Shown: positions 50,154 to 63,450, numbered from the stretch's first letter. The stretch is 64,000 nucleotides of DNA from Octopus bimaculoides (GCF_001194135.2 NC_068994.1:22666698-22730697), one strand, 5' to 3'. Translations and numbers: made by a program. Notes: a model not told the origin generated them from the sequence alone.

Positions 50154-51704
50154 TTATTTGCTCTGTGTAATCTGAGAAGTTGGAATAATAATTTCATGAG
50201 AGACATTTGCATGAAGAGGTACATTGAGCTGTGTGGCAGCTGGGTACATCTGAATAGTTGGGAATATTTGAGCTGTTGATTGTGAGATTTCAATAGTTGT
50301 GGGAAATGTTGACAGCATTGGATAGATTTGGTTTGTGCCAGTGCTGTCTGTCTGATTGACAGTAGCTTCTTGTTGATACATGGCAATAGTTCTGGCTACA
50401 TCAGCTGGATCTGTACCAGGGGCATGAGTAACAATTAAATTGCCTTCAGCATCAGTCACAGCAGATGCATCAGCTGGAACGACGACTGCTACCTGTTGAC
50501 AGTTTCCCTCAGGTGTGATAATATCTTCCTTCAGGTCAATAAGTTGCTTGGGAGGAACACAGCTCAGTTTACGTTCTCCTTGATTATTTTTCTTATGTTT
50601 TAGTAAGTGGTCTTTCCGTGAGAAAGCAAAACCACACCTGTCACAGACAAAAGGTTTCTCCCCTGTATGGATGCGATGATGGACTCTGAGATAAGACCTG
50701 CGTGAAAAACTCTTTTGACATATGTCACAGCTATAAAGTTTCTCATTAAGGTGAGTTGATTTGTGACGCTCCAAGTTTTCATGACGGGAGAAACATTTTG
50801 AACAGTAATCACACTTGTAAACCATACCAGTTCCACTTAAGTCAGCAGTAGCTTGATATATCTGATGCTGTTGTGTATTTTCCTGGCCTGGCTGTATATT
50901 AGTAGCACTTTGGAGAGTTGGTATTATTTGGTTGGGATGGATAATACTGCAAGAATGGTAAGTGGTCTTGTTACCATTAGTAACAGCTGCTACTAACTGG
51001 TCTCCCGAATTGTGAATAATACCATCATTATTGTTGGTGTTGCAAGAGATGTCAGTACATTTAAAAGCTTGCTGCAAATCTGTTCCTTCCATATCACTAG
51101 TGGTTTGTACTGTAACAACTTGTATTTGTGTTTGGTCAACAAGAGAAGTTTGTTGTTGCTCTTGTTGAACGGTCTCACATTGGCTGTTAAAACTATCAGA
51201 ATCCATATTATTGTTTTCATTCTGCATATGAACCTGCTGAGTTGTGCTTGTAACAAGTTCAACAGAAGGAAGAGCCTTTATTTCTCCATGCTGCTTAGTT
51301 TGATGCCGAACAAGATGGTCTCCACGATAGAAAGCACACCCACATACATGGCATTTATATGGACGAGTATTTGTGTGGATACGTTGGTGCACAGTTAAGT
51401 AAGACCGACGTGCAAAAGCTTTGTGACAGATTTGGCAGTTGAACATTTTAATTCCTTGATGTCCTCTGATGTGGATCACTAAATGATCATTGCGCGAGAA
51501 AGCACGACCACACAAATTACACCCAAAAGGTTTTTCTCCTGTATGAAGACGACGATGCAACTTCAGATAGGATTTCTGACTAAAATCTCTGCCACATGTT
51601 TCACATTTGAAGACTTCACGGCGCAGATGACGAATGCGATGTCTCTCCATGTTGTCTCGGCGAGAGAACATCTTTCCACAAAGGTCACAGGTAGGCTTCT
51701 TCAT
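50154..51704 (-). CDS. C2H2 zinc-finger protein, 516 aa: 5 + 3 finger clusters (last finger atypical), Gln/Thr-rich spacer and tail
   Basis: Uninterrupted 1551-bp ORF; fingers at aa 6, 34, 62, 90, 118, 298, 326, 354; TGEKPF linkers; candidate acceptor TCTGTTATCTTTCTAG at 51771-51772, 66 nt upstream of the ATG. Confidence 0.93.
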   Translation of the reverse strand: MKKPTCDLCGKMFSRRDNMERHRIRHLRREVFKCETCGRDFSQKSYLKLHRRLHTGEKPFGCNLCGRAFSRNDHLVIHIRGHQGIKMFNCQICHKAFARRSYLTVHQRIHTNTRPYKCHVCGCAFYRGDHLVRHQTKQHGEIKALPSVELVTSTTQQVHMQNENNNMDSDSFNSQCETVQQEQQQTSLVDQTQIQVVTVQTTSDMEGTDLQQAFKCTDISCNTNNNDGIIHNSGDQLVAAVTNGNKTTYHSCSIIHPNQIIPTLQSATNIQPGQENTQQHQIYQATADLSGTGMVYKCDYCSKCFSRHENLERHKSTHLNEKLYSCDICQKSFSRRSYLRVHHRIHTGEKPFVCDRCGFAFSRKDHLLKHKKNNQGERKLSCVPPKQLIDLKEDIITPEGNCQQVAVVVPADASAVTDAEGNLIVTHAPGTDPADVARTIAMYQQEATVNQTDSTGTNQIYPMLSTFPTTIEISQSTAQIFPTIQMYPAATQLNVPLHANVSHEIIIPTSQITQSK

Positions 51705-51998
51705 TTTTAGGAATTATCAGCAAATATTTAAAATTTGGTGCATCAAAGGTTTAATAAAACAATGGATAACCTAGAAAGATAACAGATATAATTAAAGAGT
51801 GAAGCATAATACAAATTATAAATGTTGGAAATTAAATAAAATTAATTGTAATATTTATGTATTGGTTTATGTTCCTTTAGGAATTTTTCATAATATATAC
51901 TAGATTGCACCTATTTAAATAAGTAAGACAGAAAACTATAATGTAGCTGGATGTTCCTACAATGCAACCTACTATAAACCACTACGCTATTCCATAGC

Positions 51999-52226
51999 TT
52001 AACCATTTAGCATTCAGATCAGTCTGTCAAATATGTTTATTTATTCATGTTATTTTCAATTAGTTATACATTATCTTGTAGTTTTGAGATTTTAATGATG
52101 TGATTGTTTATTTTAAAAATGATATTGTAGGGTAGTTGTGAGAGGCCAGATATGGCCAGTTTGAACATAAGACAGATAGAATATTTGGGCTGGATATGAC
52201 CCAAATGCTAAATGCTAATGGATTAA
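51999..52226. mobile_element. TTAA MITE family 1
   Basis: TTAACCATTTAGCATT...AATGCTAATGGATTAA; reverse-complement homologue of 11114-11341. Confidence 0.75.
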
Positions 52227-53524
52227 GTAGTGAGCACCTTAGTTTAATGAAGCAGAAAATACTATTAGAGATGAGTGCAAATTTTTCTAAGAAACAGCAA
52301 CAAGAAGCAAGGGAAAAATATCTGGAGTCTAAGTAAGAAGCTAGTTCTTGAGATTACTAAAATAAAACAGGTACATGTTGTGCTGAAATAATCGAGAAGC
52401 ATGATGTGCATTAAATTGCAAGCTTATGTGACTCTGAATGAGGACAACACTGGAGAGATGTATCTGCAATGATGAGTGTATGCTCTTACAGGTAATGAAA
52501 TGTGCAAACATTGAAAGAAACAGATTGCATTGGTATTATACTGAATATGTGATTAATACACACACACTGAATATAAGTAATTGTTTTGTGTGTGTGCACT
52601 ATATCACTTTCATACACTGACCATAGGTATACAGTATTTCCTATGTCAATCACTGTTAGCTCACTCATTCAACATGTCTTTTATTTTCACTACAGGAAAA
52701 TGTAACTCATTACATATTGAAGATAAAACATTTAGGAATTCCAACAATTTAAAATAAAACCAACATAAGATGGAAAGGTCCTTTAGTTTATTGAACAGAA
52801 AATTGAACACTAATGCAGCTATAAATAAGTTGTTTTGCTAGTTGGCAATAAGAAAGGTACTCCCAAATGAGAAAAATGCACCACCAAAAATATGCAGAAC
52901 ACAGGTATTGTTGTATTAATAAACATAGCATATCAGTGCAATACAGAATAGGTAAGCTACTAGGTGTGAATACTCCTTGAATTTTTCAAGTATTTTCACT
53001 CTCTATTTTTAGCAAGTTGATATCAGTGTTAATGTAGGTACTAATAAGAAGAATTAGTGAATGTTACATGTCAAACTTAATGATTGTTAACTTAAAGAGG
53101 TTATTTCATGGCCCATGTTTGCTGTACATGCGAAATAAAATTCAGTTATAGCTGTTGTAAGAATGGCAATTTGACACAATTATATTTTTAAAGTATACTA
53201 AAGAAATTCTCACCATCCTCATTGAATCATAGTCAATGACTGCCATTCATTTTTCATTTTATTTATTTAATAATTTAGACTCAATACAGCGTATGGACAA
53301 TTAGATATGGCTAATGCTCAGTCTGAATTCTGAAAGCCAGTAGTACAAGGATTTCCACAGGAACCAACAAGTGTAAGCAGTATTCAATAGCAAAGTAATC
53401 TTAGGGTTTGTATAGGGCTAACAGTAGCTCAGAACCAAAACACTCTGTAGCTCTGACAAGGATAGCTGAGCTTTCCTTAATTAAGTTATAAATATTGTTA
53501 TGTATCATATATTAAAACACCAGA

Positions 53525-53760
53525 AGTCATCATTAACAACAACAATATTTAATGTCCATTTTCCATGCTGGCATGGGTAGGGCAGCTTGACAAGAACTGA
53601 CAAGGCCTGAGGCAGCACCAAGTTCCACAGTCTTTTTTTGGTTTGACATAGTGTGCTGGGTGCTTTTTACATGGCACTAGCACCCACATCAATACTTTTT
53701 GCATAGCACCTTGGTTTTAGGATCTCAATTCTGTTGTGATGAGCAGGTCTTAGTATTGTT
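53525..53760 (-). mobile_element. RTE tail copy
   Basis: TTTAATGTCCATTTTCCATGCTGGCATGGG plus two GTGCTTTTTACATGGCAC-like units. Confidence 0.65.
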
Positions 53761-54264
53761 GCAGTGTGATCATTTTAGCAGTACTTTTGATGTGGGGCTG
53801 TCGATGACATGTTGTTTAACCTCAGATCAACCTGGATAAAACAGACTTAAGATTAAAAGCATCCCAGCTGTCTTTTATAACTGGAATGCTTTTGATCATT
53901 TTGTGCAGAGCATGTCTCAGACTACATTACTTATATAAGGTGGTATGGTGCAATTAAGATTTGCTTGGTATTTCAAATAAAACAAACAACTGTGTAGAAT
54001 CTCCCTTGATGGCTGTTGACATGTTTTTTTTTCTGCTTTTCAAGACTTGTGTCGCAAAAAGATGGAGGAAATGGAGAGCAAACATTCCATTTTCAATGTT
54101 TTAATGTCTGTTAGGAGACCTAAAAAAGCAGTCCTAGTTAAGATTCCTGGTGACATGTCACCAATGTTTTATTATTAACAGTAGCCCTTTGTATCAGTTA
54201 CTAGATATATCTTTTAGCTTGTGCCCTTGTTACGTAAGATAATTTGAAACAATAGTCAATGACC

Positions 54265-54500
54265 AACAGATCAAAGGTCCATCCCAAGCCATAGGCTCAT
54301 AAGGGCAATTTCCCAGATTCTGTGACATATATATTCTCCTCTGGATGGGATGTTGGTCCACCATGGGATTACTCAGTTTTGCCAGCTGAGTAGATTTGAG
54401 TAACTTGTGTTCTGCTCAAAAACACAATGCATCGCCTGGTCCAGGAATTGAAACAACAATCTTACAATTACAAGTGCAACACCCTAACCTCATGCCTCCA
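54265..54500 (-). mobile_element. SINE family D
   Basis: Reverse complement of GGTTAGGGTGTTGCAC...GTTTCAATTCCTGGACC; related to 1344-1590. Confidence 0.6.
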
Positions 54501-56224
54501 CAAACCAATAGTATCAGATTACAATTAATGGTTTTTATATTAGGAAATAGCTAAGACAGAATCTTTAACTAAAAACAAAATGAAAAAAAAATTTGTTTAA
54601 CTTAGTTTAATCTAGGTTACTGTTTAACGTAGTTTAAACCAGATTATTTAAGATAATTAAACCACTCACAGTGAGCACAACATATAATTAAGCAGAACTA
54701 CTCAAGGATTCAATGCAGGAACTATAAGAGATAATAATAAATATACTGAGATGAATAAAAGATTTCAATGACTTTGGTTAAATCTGTTATGATTATTGTA
54801 GAGGAGTCTATTTTGAAGAAAGAGTTCCTTTATTTTTAAATGGAATAGTCACTTTACGGCTTTGTTATTTTTGTCTCCGAGTATTATAGCTGCAGACTAC
54901 TGAATTCAAAAGATAATATTTATGTTTCACTTCCAAGCATAGATTTACAGGGAGAAATTTTTGGTAAAAAATGGCCATCAGTTTCACTGACAAAGGTCTA
55001 TAGAGTGGGTGACAAATTACCTGTGATTTTGAAGAATTCAATAAGAGAACACTAGTAAATGCAACAGTAATTGAACAAATACAAGTGCAAGATTGCTGGT
55101 AGGATAATGTTCATGACATTCTCTTCTAAGCAAGAATACAAAACTACATTTTAAAATAGCTTCTTCTGAAAATATAAGGGACTAAAAATTGTTGAAATAC
55201 TTATTGAAAATTTTTTTTTTTAAATATATTACATTTTTTTCTGCACACAGCATTGAAGGTCCTTTTCTAAGAAGAAAGAGGGAAAATTTGATTATGGACT
55301 TTATTTTATTACTACTATTTATTTTATCAATCATGGATGACTGATAGATAAAAATCAATTTCAGTGTAGTGTGAGCTCAGAAAAGTAAGGAACAAGTTTA
55401 TGATGACCAGTAAGTTTCTCTCATAACTAGGAAGCCAGTTATCACAAAAAGGCATATCTATCTACCACAGAAACACAAAATATAGACACTGACTATGTGT
55501 AATTCAAAGCTATAGTGCAACACCACTTGCAACACTAATCCACTTAGTCATCATAACTTTGTCTTTGATTCTTTTTAAAGATAACTTGGTTTGAAATTAT
55601 TGCATTTCAGCACATTTCCAAATTATTTTTTTACATTTATGAGGTAAGTTTAATCTGCAAGGGCCATTTTCCAGTTTATTAGGTCTGCCAAAATCACGAT
55701 AGCCCTAGAAACCATGCCAAAGCAGATATTGGAACATGATGCAATCTTTGGACCTGTCAGATCTTGTAAAGTTGTCCATGGCAACATGGAAGATGAATGT
55801 TAAAAGATGATGGTGATGTCAGAGATTTTATTACATATTGTTATACATCTTCACAGTAAACTAGTCATCACACTTTTAATTTCAATGGATCTCTTGTTGC
55901 CATTGAGTCTCAATGAGTATAGTCATATAAAGTTTTTGTCATTAATGTTTTCCAGCAAGTTGGTGAAACAAATAATTTTCCATTACACAAGTTTACTATT
56001 TTCAACTGTTAACACATTTTTCAATGACTTAAATGGCTTTTCAATAACAGGACAATTGTCCCATAGAAATTGACAAACCTAATTGTTTCTTATACTTTGG
56101 TGGTTTTACACCTACAATTCTTGCTAGTAAACAAGGCACTGGTGACACCGTCTCCTCTTTATTAGTCAATATACTAAAAAAAAGATAATTAATTAGTCTC
56201 TAATTGATTATCATGCTTGATAAT

Positions 56225-56530
56225 TCTAACCATTACATTTTTTTTATTTACTTGTAGAGTCTGAAGGAAGGGGTAGTACCATTAAGTTGGCAAGCTTCAT
56301 GTTGTTAACGTTTCATTTAAATAGTTGCAGTTCAACACCTGCAGGAAAGACATGATCCGGGAGAAGATTCTAGAGGACTGATGTTCCAATAAAGAAGAAC
56401 TGGGCATGGCTCGAGCAGGGTTGAGGAGAGAGGCTGAAGAGGCAAAGAAGGGCAAAAGTGCCTGAGTGATGGAGGTATGAGACCCGCCAGCTCCAAATAA
56501 CAAAGGCATTATAAAGCAGTCTTTTGCCAC
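56225..56530 (-). mobile_element. CR1/L2-like LINE 3' end
   Basis: ELAGLIPP...FFIGTSVL*NLLPDHVFP...QLFK*NVN; 3' end CCTTCCTTCAGAC shared with 61690. Confidence 0.65.
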
Positions 56531-56899
56531 TGTTGTATCTGTCTTTGTACGACAGTTGTCGCTCTGACAGATATTGTTATATTCCAGACTCATTGATAGG
56601 ATGTTTCTATCTGGCACTGTATGATCCCCAGTCGTATAGTGTTATTATCCTCAAAAAGTTGGATTGTTATAACGCCCACTCAATATCACAGTATAATTAC
56701 TAGATCAGTACAGACATGACTATCAACACAGCTTTCTCGTACTCTCTCGATACCAGCTGACGTCACCTTACTTATTGTAACTGCCTCATTCCACTTGTCA
56801 CATGGGAGGGGTGTACTATTATTACTAATTCCCTACATCTCCTCTTTTAAGTTTTTCTTAGGAAGTGTCATTTTATTTAGGAATATTTTTATTCACCCC

Positions 56900-57280
56900 A
56901 TCTCCCTTTTTTGAGTTTTTTGTTTAAATATTTTTTTCTCCTGGCATCTATTTTCAGGAACTCTGTTTTCTCTTCCTCTCACTTGTATGCCTGGGTTCAA
57001 TCACCTGCAGTGGCATTGGTACTTGGAACATATCGTACAACCATTCTATAGGTTCCTCCAACTTCTTTGCTTCACTTTACACAAATCTCTTTTTCAGTTG
57101 GTTCCTGTGTCTCTTTTGTATGCTTTTTCTACTTTTTACTCGATACATCATTGCAAAATTTGCATCTCAGAGAGACATAGGATGTTTGGTTTGGTGACTG
57201 TGCATGGATCTGAGTGCTTGCAATAGAGTGAATTCCACTAAAAGCACCCAAAGGCCATACAATGGCTACACTGACGTGAT
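56900..57280 (-). mobile_element. Possible LINE ORF1 gag-knuckle relic
   Basis: RQCSHCMAFG and CKFCNDVSSKK...EKE; very degenerate. Confidence 0.35.
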
Positions 57281-58191
57281 ACACCAAACAGTTTTATCAC
57301 CAACATTTGTATCATCTTCATAAATAATAACATCTATGTCATTTCCAACATGTTCAATTGCTCTCTGAAACTATGTATTGGCAGTTTTAATTCCATAAGA
57401 CTTGTCCTTGTTAAAAGGATTCCTTGGTGTATATATTGTTGTAACTTTTCTCACTTCAGAATACATTTCTATCTGATGACATAAACCCCTTAAAATCAAT
57501 CAATCAATATAATTTATGCCAGAAGTAGAATGAAATATCGATTTAGTAATTGCAGTTGGATAAGAATCTATACAAAAATTTTCATCTAAACTTACTTTAC
57601 AGTCTCCAGATATTATTCAGAGATGTGCATTTGTAGTAAACACAACTACTAAAGGAAATGCCTGTTTAGTCCCTCCTCTAAGTGGAACTTTTCCAGTTTC
57701 AATACAACAAATAGTTTAATGTATACTGACAACAGTGTCACCTCAGAATAACATGTTCTGATATTTTCTTTGAAAAGAAACAATAGCTTAAAACCTATCT
57801 ATCTTCCAAACTATACTGGAACTTCATCTCATTCATTACATCTATCCATACCAACAAGCCATGATTTTTCTTCCATTCAGCAACAACTCCATGATACTCA
57901 CACCATTGTCCTTATTTGTTTCCATTTAATGCATCAAACTTTTCCAAAATTTCAATGAGGGATCATTAATTTGTTTTAATATGAACTCACTGGTTTATTC
58001 AAATCCATCCAAATATTCTAAGGGATTACAGTTCAAGTATTTTTAGACCAATTTCATAAATATTTGCCGAATTATTACTTTCAATTTCCTCAATCTATTC
58101 ACAGTGGTTTTACATACAACCTTTTCTCTCTCCAATTTATGAAACAAAATCAAACAACTATTGCTTTCTCACCATTAGCATGGCTTCTAAG

Positions 58192-58467
58192 CAGGGCTGT
58201 AGAGTCAGAGTCGTGGAGATGGAAACAATTAAGGAGTAGCTGGAGTCAGAGTTGGTATAGTTTTACTGACACCAACTCCAACTCACAATATCATTATTCT
58301 TTAATATAAACAGGGTATAACATATAGGCCTATTCAAAGTACAAGTATATGCATATGCTTTATGAGATATGTAGACCACAATCACTTAATTACATAAAGA
58401 GGGGTTGGAGTTGAAAGTGCCAATAGTAGGAGTTGTCAAAGTTTTTTGTTTTGACTCCACAGCCCTG
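58192..58467. mobile_element. hAT-type MITE
   Basis: TIRs CAGGGCTGTAGAGTC / GACTCCACAGCCCTG; perfect 8-bp TSD CTTCTAAG. Confidence 0.9.
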
Positions 58468-59653
58468 CTTCTAAGCCAGTACTACTGGAGATTTGCTTTT
58501 GTCCAGAATCCACCAGTAGTCTCTTGCCTTCAAGAACTTTAGCAAAAGCACTGTTGTTGCTCTTGTGATTAGCAGAGCTTTCAGCTGAGGGGTCTGGCAA
58601 AGTGTTTAACTTCAGACTTCATTCATCTTTTATTTGTTGGATCAGAAGTTAAAAAAAGTTTCAATAAATGCAGGACATTTTGATGATACTAATTTATATT
58701 CATAAAAGCAACATTTAGAAATAGATTTACGTTTGTTTCTCTCAACATATGACATAGTGACATGATCAATATCATCCTTTTTTTTTTTCGTTTTAATAAT
58801 CTGAAATCATTTCAGTGTTGAATCAATTCAATGCAGGCATTAAGTTTCAGATTACTGGACTAAAAAAATATTCTAAAACTTTTACATGATGCTTAGATGA
58901 TTGCATGCTTCTAAGAGCCTCGTTTGAATCATATCTTCTTGTGGACTTTGTGCTATAAGCTCTAATTTTATCAAATTCACAAAAATGAGTTGACTCATGC
59001 AATCTCTAAGAATAACAGAATTGATTCAGTCCAGATTTTGAAGCTGTGATAAGAATTGAACTCTGTTAATTTCTTTTAGGAAGGAACTGGTGACATTATG
59101 GCAGATCTTATCTTGCTAAAATTAATTTCTTCAAGTGCTAATAATTTTATCAGAAAAATAAACTTTATATATAGTTACTATACCTACTGTTGATAAAAGC
59201 AAAATCTATTATTTGTTTTTTAGCATTGGTGCCCAGAAGCCTTTTGTTCTTGCTGCAGCAGTAAAACATCACAGCCAGGTCTCTATAATGTTTGGGTCAT
59301 CAAGTAGAGAAATTCATTGTTATTATTAACTAGCAGCACCACAGTCATGTACTAAATTTATCCAAGTAAAGCCATAGTCACCCACAATCCCTTATGTTCA
59401 GAAATGTTATCGAATAGTCAAATTCCGGTACTGAACTGATAACTACCTTATAGAGTCTTAATCAGCATGTACAATAAATGCAATGCTATAACAATACTAG
59501 CATAACAATGACATCACAATTTGTAAACTTGACAGGAACAATACTTACTTCACTAGTATACTGAAATAATACATACAGCACCATTTTGCATATATAAACA
59601 AAAATATGAATGTGTTGTAAACTGCAAGTTACATTTTAAGGGCTAAGGCTTAC

Positions 59654-59721
59654 CTTCAGGTGTATAACATCAAGCAGAAAAAGATATATCTCCCTTTAGA
59701 TAGGATGTGGTTTATCTTCAG
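59654..59721 (-). other. Candidate 68-nt 5'-UTR exon of the 50154-51704 gene
   Basis: GTTTTATAG|...CCTGAAG|GTAAGC; motif evidence only. Confidence 0.3.
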
Positions 59722-59859
59722 CTATAAAACGTAGATCTGGTACCTATTCCTGATAGTTATGTAAATGGAAGTAGATAGAATTAAGGGAATTGCCCAAATG
59801 TACATTGAAACACCTTAAGAAACTTTGAGTTGATTGTCTGATATATTTATTCAGCCATT

Positions 59860-60428
59860 TCGTGGCCTCTGCCAGAAGTGTAGCCAGCTCACTTATTCCT
59901 ATCTTTACTTCATTGGACACTAAACTCTGCTTGCAAAGACCTGTTAAGGTAAGTGAAATCGAAATCGTAATTGAACCATATTCGATGACTGGCACCTGTG
60001 CCAGTGGAGCACTAACAGCACCATCCAAGTGTGATCATTACCAGAATAGCTGTCTGGCTTCCGTGCTAGTGGCACATAAATAGCACCATTTGAGCGTGAT
60101 CGTTACCAGCGTCGCCTTACTGGCACGTTAGAAAATATTCGAGCAAGGTTGTTGCCAGTGCCGCTGGACTGGCTTCTGTGCAGGTGGCATGTAAAAAACA
60201 CTATTTTGAGCGTGGCTGTTGCCATTACCGCCTGACTGGCCCTCATGACGGTGGCACGTAAAAGCACCCACTACACTCTCAGAGTGGTTGGCATTAGGAA
60301 GGGCATCCAGCTGTAAGAAACTTTGCCAGATGAGATTGAGCCTGATGCAGCCTTCTGGCTCACCAGTCCTCAGTCAAACCGTCCAACCCATGCCAGCATG
60401 GAAAGCAGACGTTAAACGATGATGATGA
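59860..60428 (+). mobile_element. Long RTE 3' UTR/tail copy with five internal units of about 60 bp
   Basis: GTGGCAC(G/A)TAAAAGCACC-like units near 60005, 60069, 60120, 60184, 60251; (GAT)n tail. Confidence 0.8.
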
Positions 60429-61659
60429 TATATATATATATATATCATCATCATCTTTCTATATACAGTAATAATGATTTAATACTCACAACTTTCTCTA
60501 AACAAACAAGTTCACCAGCTGTTTCAGTCCTCTGTGAGCAACAGTCTTAGTACAGAGGCTGAAACATTTACTATCATCATTTGTCTACTCAAGTTAGTAT
60601 CACCAACTTCTCAAACCTTTGATCTCTTTCTTACTTCTCAACCCATCATTTTCCCTGTGGTCACAATATCTACCCACCTAATATTACCTGGTCATTAAAA
60701 TTTCATGGCATTTCCATCTAAACCACCTTGTTACACACAACCCTGAAAACTTGAGTCATTTACCTCAAAATTCTACTTATAATCTGTGCTGCCTATCTTT
60801 GACAGTAAACATGCTTCATCTCTGACTCATCTAAGTTAAGTGGTAGACTGAAACTAAGTTCCAAGCTAGTCAATAATTTCTAAGCAACTCATAGCTGAAG
60901 AATGCTGCCTACAAAAACTGGAAAAATTCACTTACCATCAATTTAAAAGTGTTCACCCAATATTGCACCTCAAATTTTATCATCAGAAACAAAAAGATAT
61001 CTTGAATGTTGCACAATCAGCAAGCTCCTTTATCTCCCAAACTGCAGCCTGGTTTTCAAGAACTTCTCAAGAAATTTATCAACTAACTTTGTAGAATAAC
61101 CAGTTCTACTGGAAATTTGCTTTTGTTCTCAATCTACCAGTATTCTCTCACTTTCAAGAATTTTAGCAAAAGCAGTGCTGAGCTTGAGATTATTAGCAAA
61201 GCTTTCAACTGAGTCTGACAAAGTTGTACAGTTTTGGATTTCATCCATCTTTTATTTCTTGACTCAGAAGTTACCTGTCAGATTACTCCACTAAAACATA
61301 GTTTGCTCTAATCCACATTATATCAACCTCAGTGTGCAATTTTCAAGATTTTCCACATTCTTCCTTCTCTGTATTAATGGTCATTTGATATTACTTCTCA
61401 CCATATGCTCTTCAATAGATCCCTCCACTCTTCATAAAATTTCAACAGACAAATAACATTCATATTCAAACTAGACACTTCATGCCACTCTTGCACAACT
61501 TTTATAAACAGGACTACATTTCACCAAAAGGTATCAGTTTCAGATATTACAAGCAGAACATCAGCCTTAACAGAAAAGTAATTTCTAGTTTAACAAGACC
61601 ACCAGTGGATAAATACTACCATTAAAATTTCAAGTTTTACTACAACAAGCAATAAGTTT

Positions 61660-63450
61660 CTTTTTTTTTTTATTATTATCCTAATTAGGTCTGAAGGAAG
61701 GAACTACATCCTTAGCTTTCAGGTCATCCAGCAGTAAGACTGATGTTAACATTTAGCTTAAACAGAAGCAAGTTGATGACTTTAAGAAAGATATATATAG
61801 AGAGGGAATTCCAGAGGACTAAAGTTCTGGAAAGAAAGGACAGGGTATAACAGTTAGTATGTGTGAGGGGAGGGGATTATATAAAAACAATTGGAAGAAA
61901 CAAGTGAATTGAGAGGGCCTGGGTAAAGTTTATATGAGACCAGCCAGCTTCAAAGATAAGAAGTCATTATAGTAGCAGTAGAAAAGGCAGAGGAGTCAGT
62001 ACATTTCAGGGCCAGAAGTTAGAATGAATCTGTGAGTGAGTGACTTGAAGTCATTAAGTGGCCTTTCACTGGATGTAATCCACAATAGCCATGTGTGCAG
62101 CAGCTTGTACTGACCCAGACGTAGAAGCAATACCTCATTGTAGTCTCACCTAAGCTTTGTAGAGGACTAATTGTTGGTGGCTGAAATGCTAGCAAGGCAT
62201 AGTATTTCAAGTGATCATAAAGACTCTAGTTATGTGCTGCTCATGTGTGATGAAGTTAGAGTGAGATAATGTTTTCCTGATATGTGCAGTGATTGTCTTT
62301 TTTTTTTTTAATTAGAGCTCCTTATGGCAAGGAGACTAAAAGGATCATCTGCAATTTCAGAAGTAGGAGAGCTTGATGGCTCTGCAATGCACAGAGGCAA
62401 CCTTTTCAGTTTGGATGGTCTTACTGGAATTATGATATTGGGTAAGAGCTGTCTAGTTTGTAAAGTGGGTGATTTTCTCCAAGTATTATAGGTCATGTAT
62501 TTTTGCCTAAACTACTACAGCACAGCTGCGTGAACCATTTGGAAAAGTCAGGGCTGTGAGTTTTGTTGTGGCATGTAAGAAGACATGTTTAAGAAGATGG
62601 TTTCAGTAACTCCCCAAGGTTTTGTTGTGTGAGATGTGGGAAGACATGTTAAACAGGATGGCTTTAGCAAGCCATCTGGTGTTTCTGATGTGTCAGAAAT
62701 GAAGCACGTGCTGTCAGGGCAAGAATAAGTGGAATTCTGTTAGTTGGTTAACTTGAAATGCCATAGGATCAGGGACATGTATATGTGGAGGGGAGGGCAT
62801 TGCATATGTGCATTTATAGTGGGTAGTTGTAATAAGGCACTAATCAGACAACCTGATGGTTTGATGGTTGCAGAGAAAGTTTTGGTCTGGTAGAGGATGT
62901 ATTTAGGTAAGAAAGTGACCAAGGGAGTCTGGCGAGTCTGTGTGTTGGTTAAGGAGCGAAAAGACTTGTTTCTGCATTGGTATCATCAATATGGGATGTG
63001 TATGAGAGCCAAAGAAGAGTTGTGAGCATTGAAGTCTTCACTGAATGACTTCAGAGAGGAGTGAAGGTGAGCTAGGTGTTCTCAATAGTTGAAAAGTTGT
63101 TAGTGGTTTGCGAGGTTTGAGGAAGGAAGCAAATTTGGAGGTGGGAAGGCTGGCTTTGAGCCAGAGTAATTGAAAGTCTTCATGACTGAGATCCAGGTGA
63201 AAGAGATGAATGTCAGGGAGAGGGAAATTTATGTATGACCTTTGAGTAAAAAAAGTATATCCTTACAGTAGAGACTGATAAGATAAGATTTGTCTCAGAG
63301 GAACAAGATGTGAAGTTAGCATATTCATAAGAGGTGATCTTGGTGTTCATGGATGTTAGAGAGAAGGAGGGAGAATTGTTTTTATTTCTGGCATCTAGTG
63401 AAGTGTAGCAGGTATCAGCTCTTTGTGTGGTCACGCTAACTTCTTGTCAT
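61660..63450 (-). mobile_element. CR1/L2-like LINE relic (EN to 3' end, internal deletions)
   Basis: SETNL, EDFNAH, IADD (62344-62355), SFLSRTLVLWNSL...FKLNVN, A-rich tail. Confidence 0.7.

Larger units (their letters stand above)
55820..59300 (-). mobile_element. Highly degenerate Ty3/Gypsy LTR retrotransposon body (gag, RT, integrase remnants), interrupted by younger elements
   Basis: RT: PLVVV...SGDCKV...DSYP, QIEM..RKVTTIYTP, YGIKTA..FQRAIE...IYEDD (57311-57322); gag-like QSPQEDMIQTRL (58921-58950); integrase-like segment near 55830-56010; no LTRs found. Confidence 0.6.

Noticed and set aside
56297-56617. 106-aa minus-strand ORF as a novel gene
   Set aside because: An alternative frame of a CR1/L2-like LINE 3' end.
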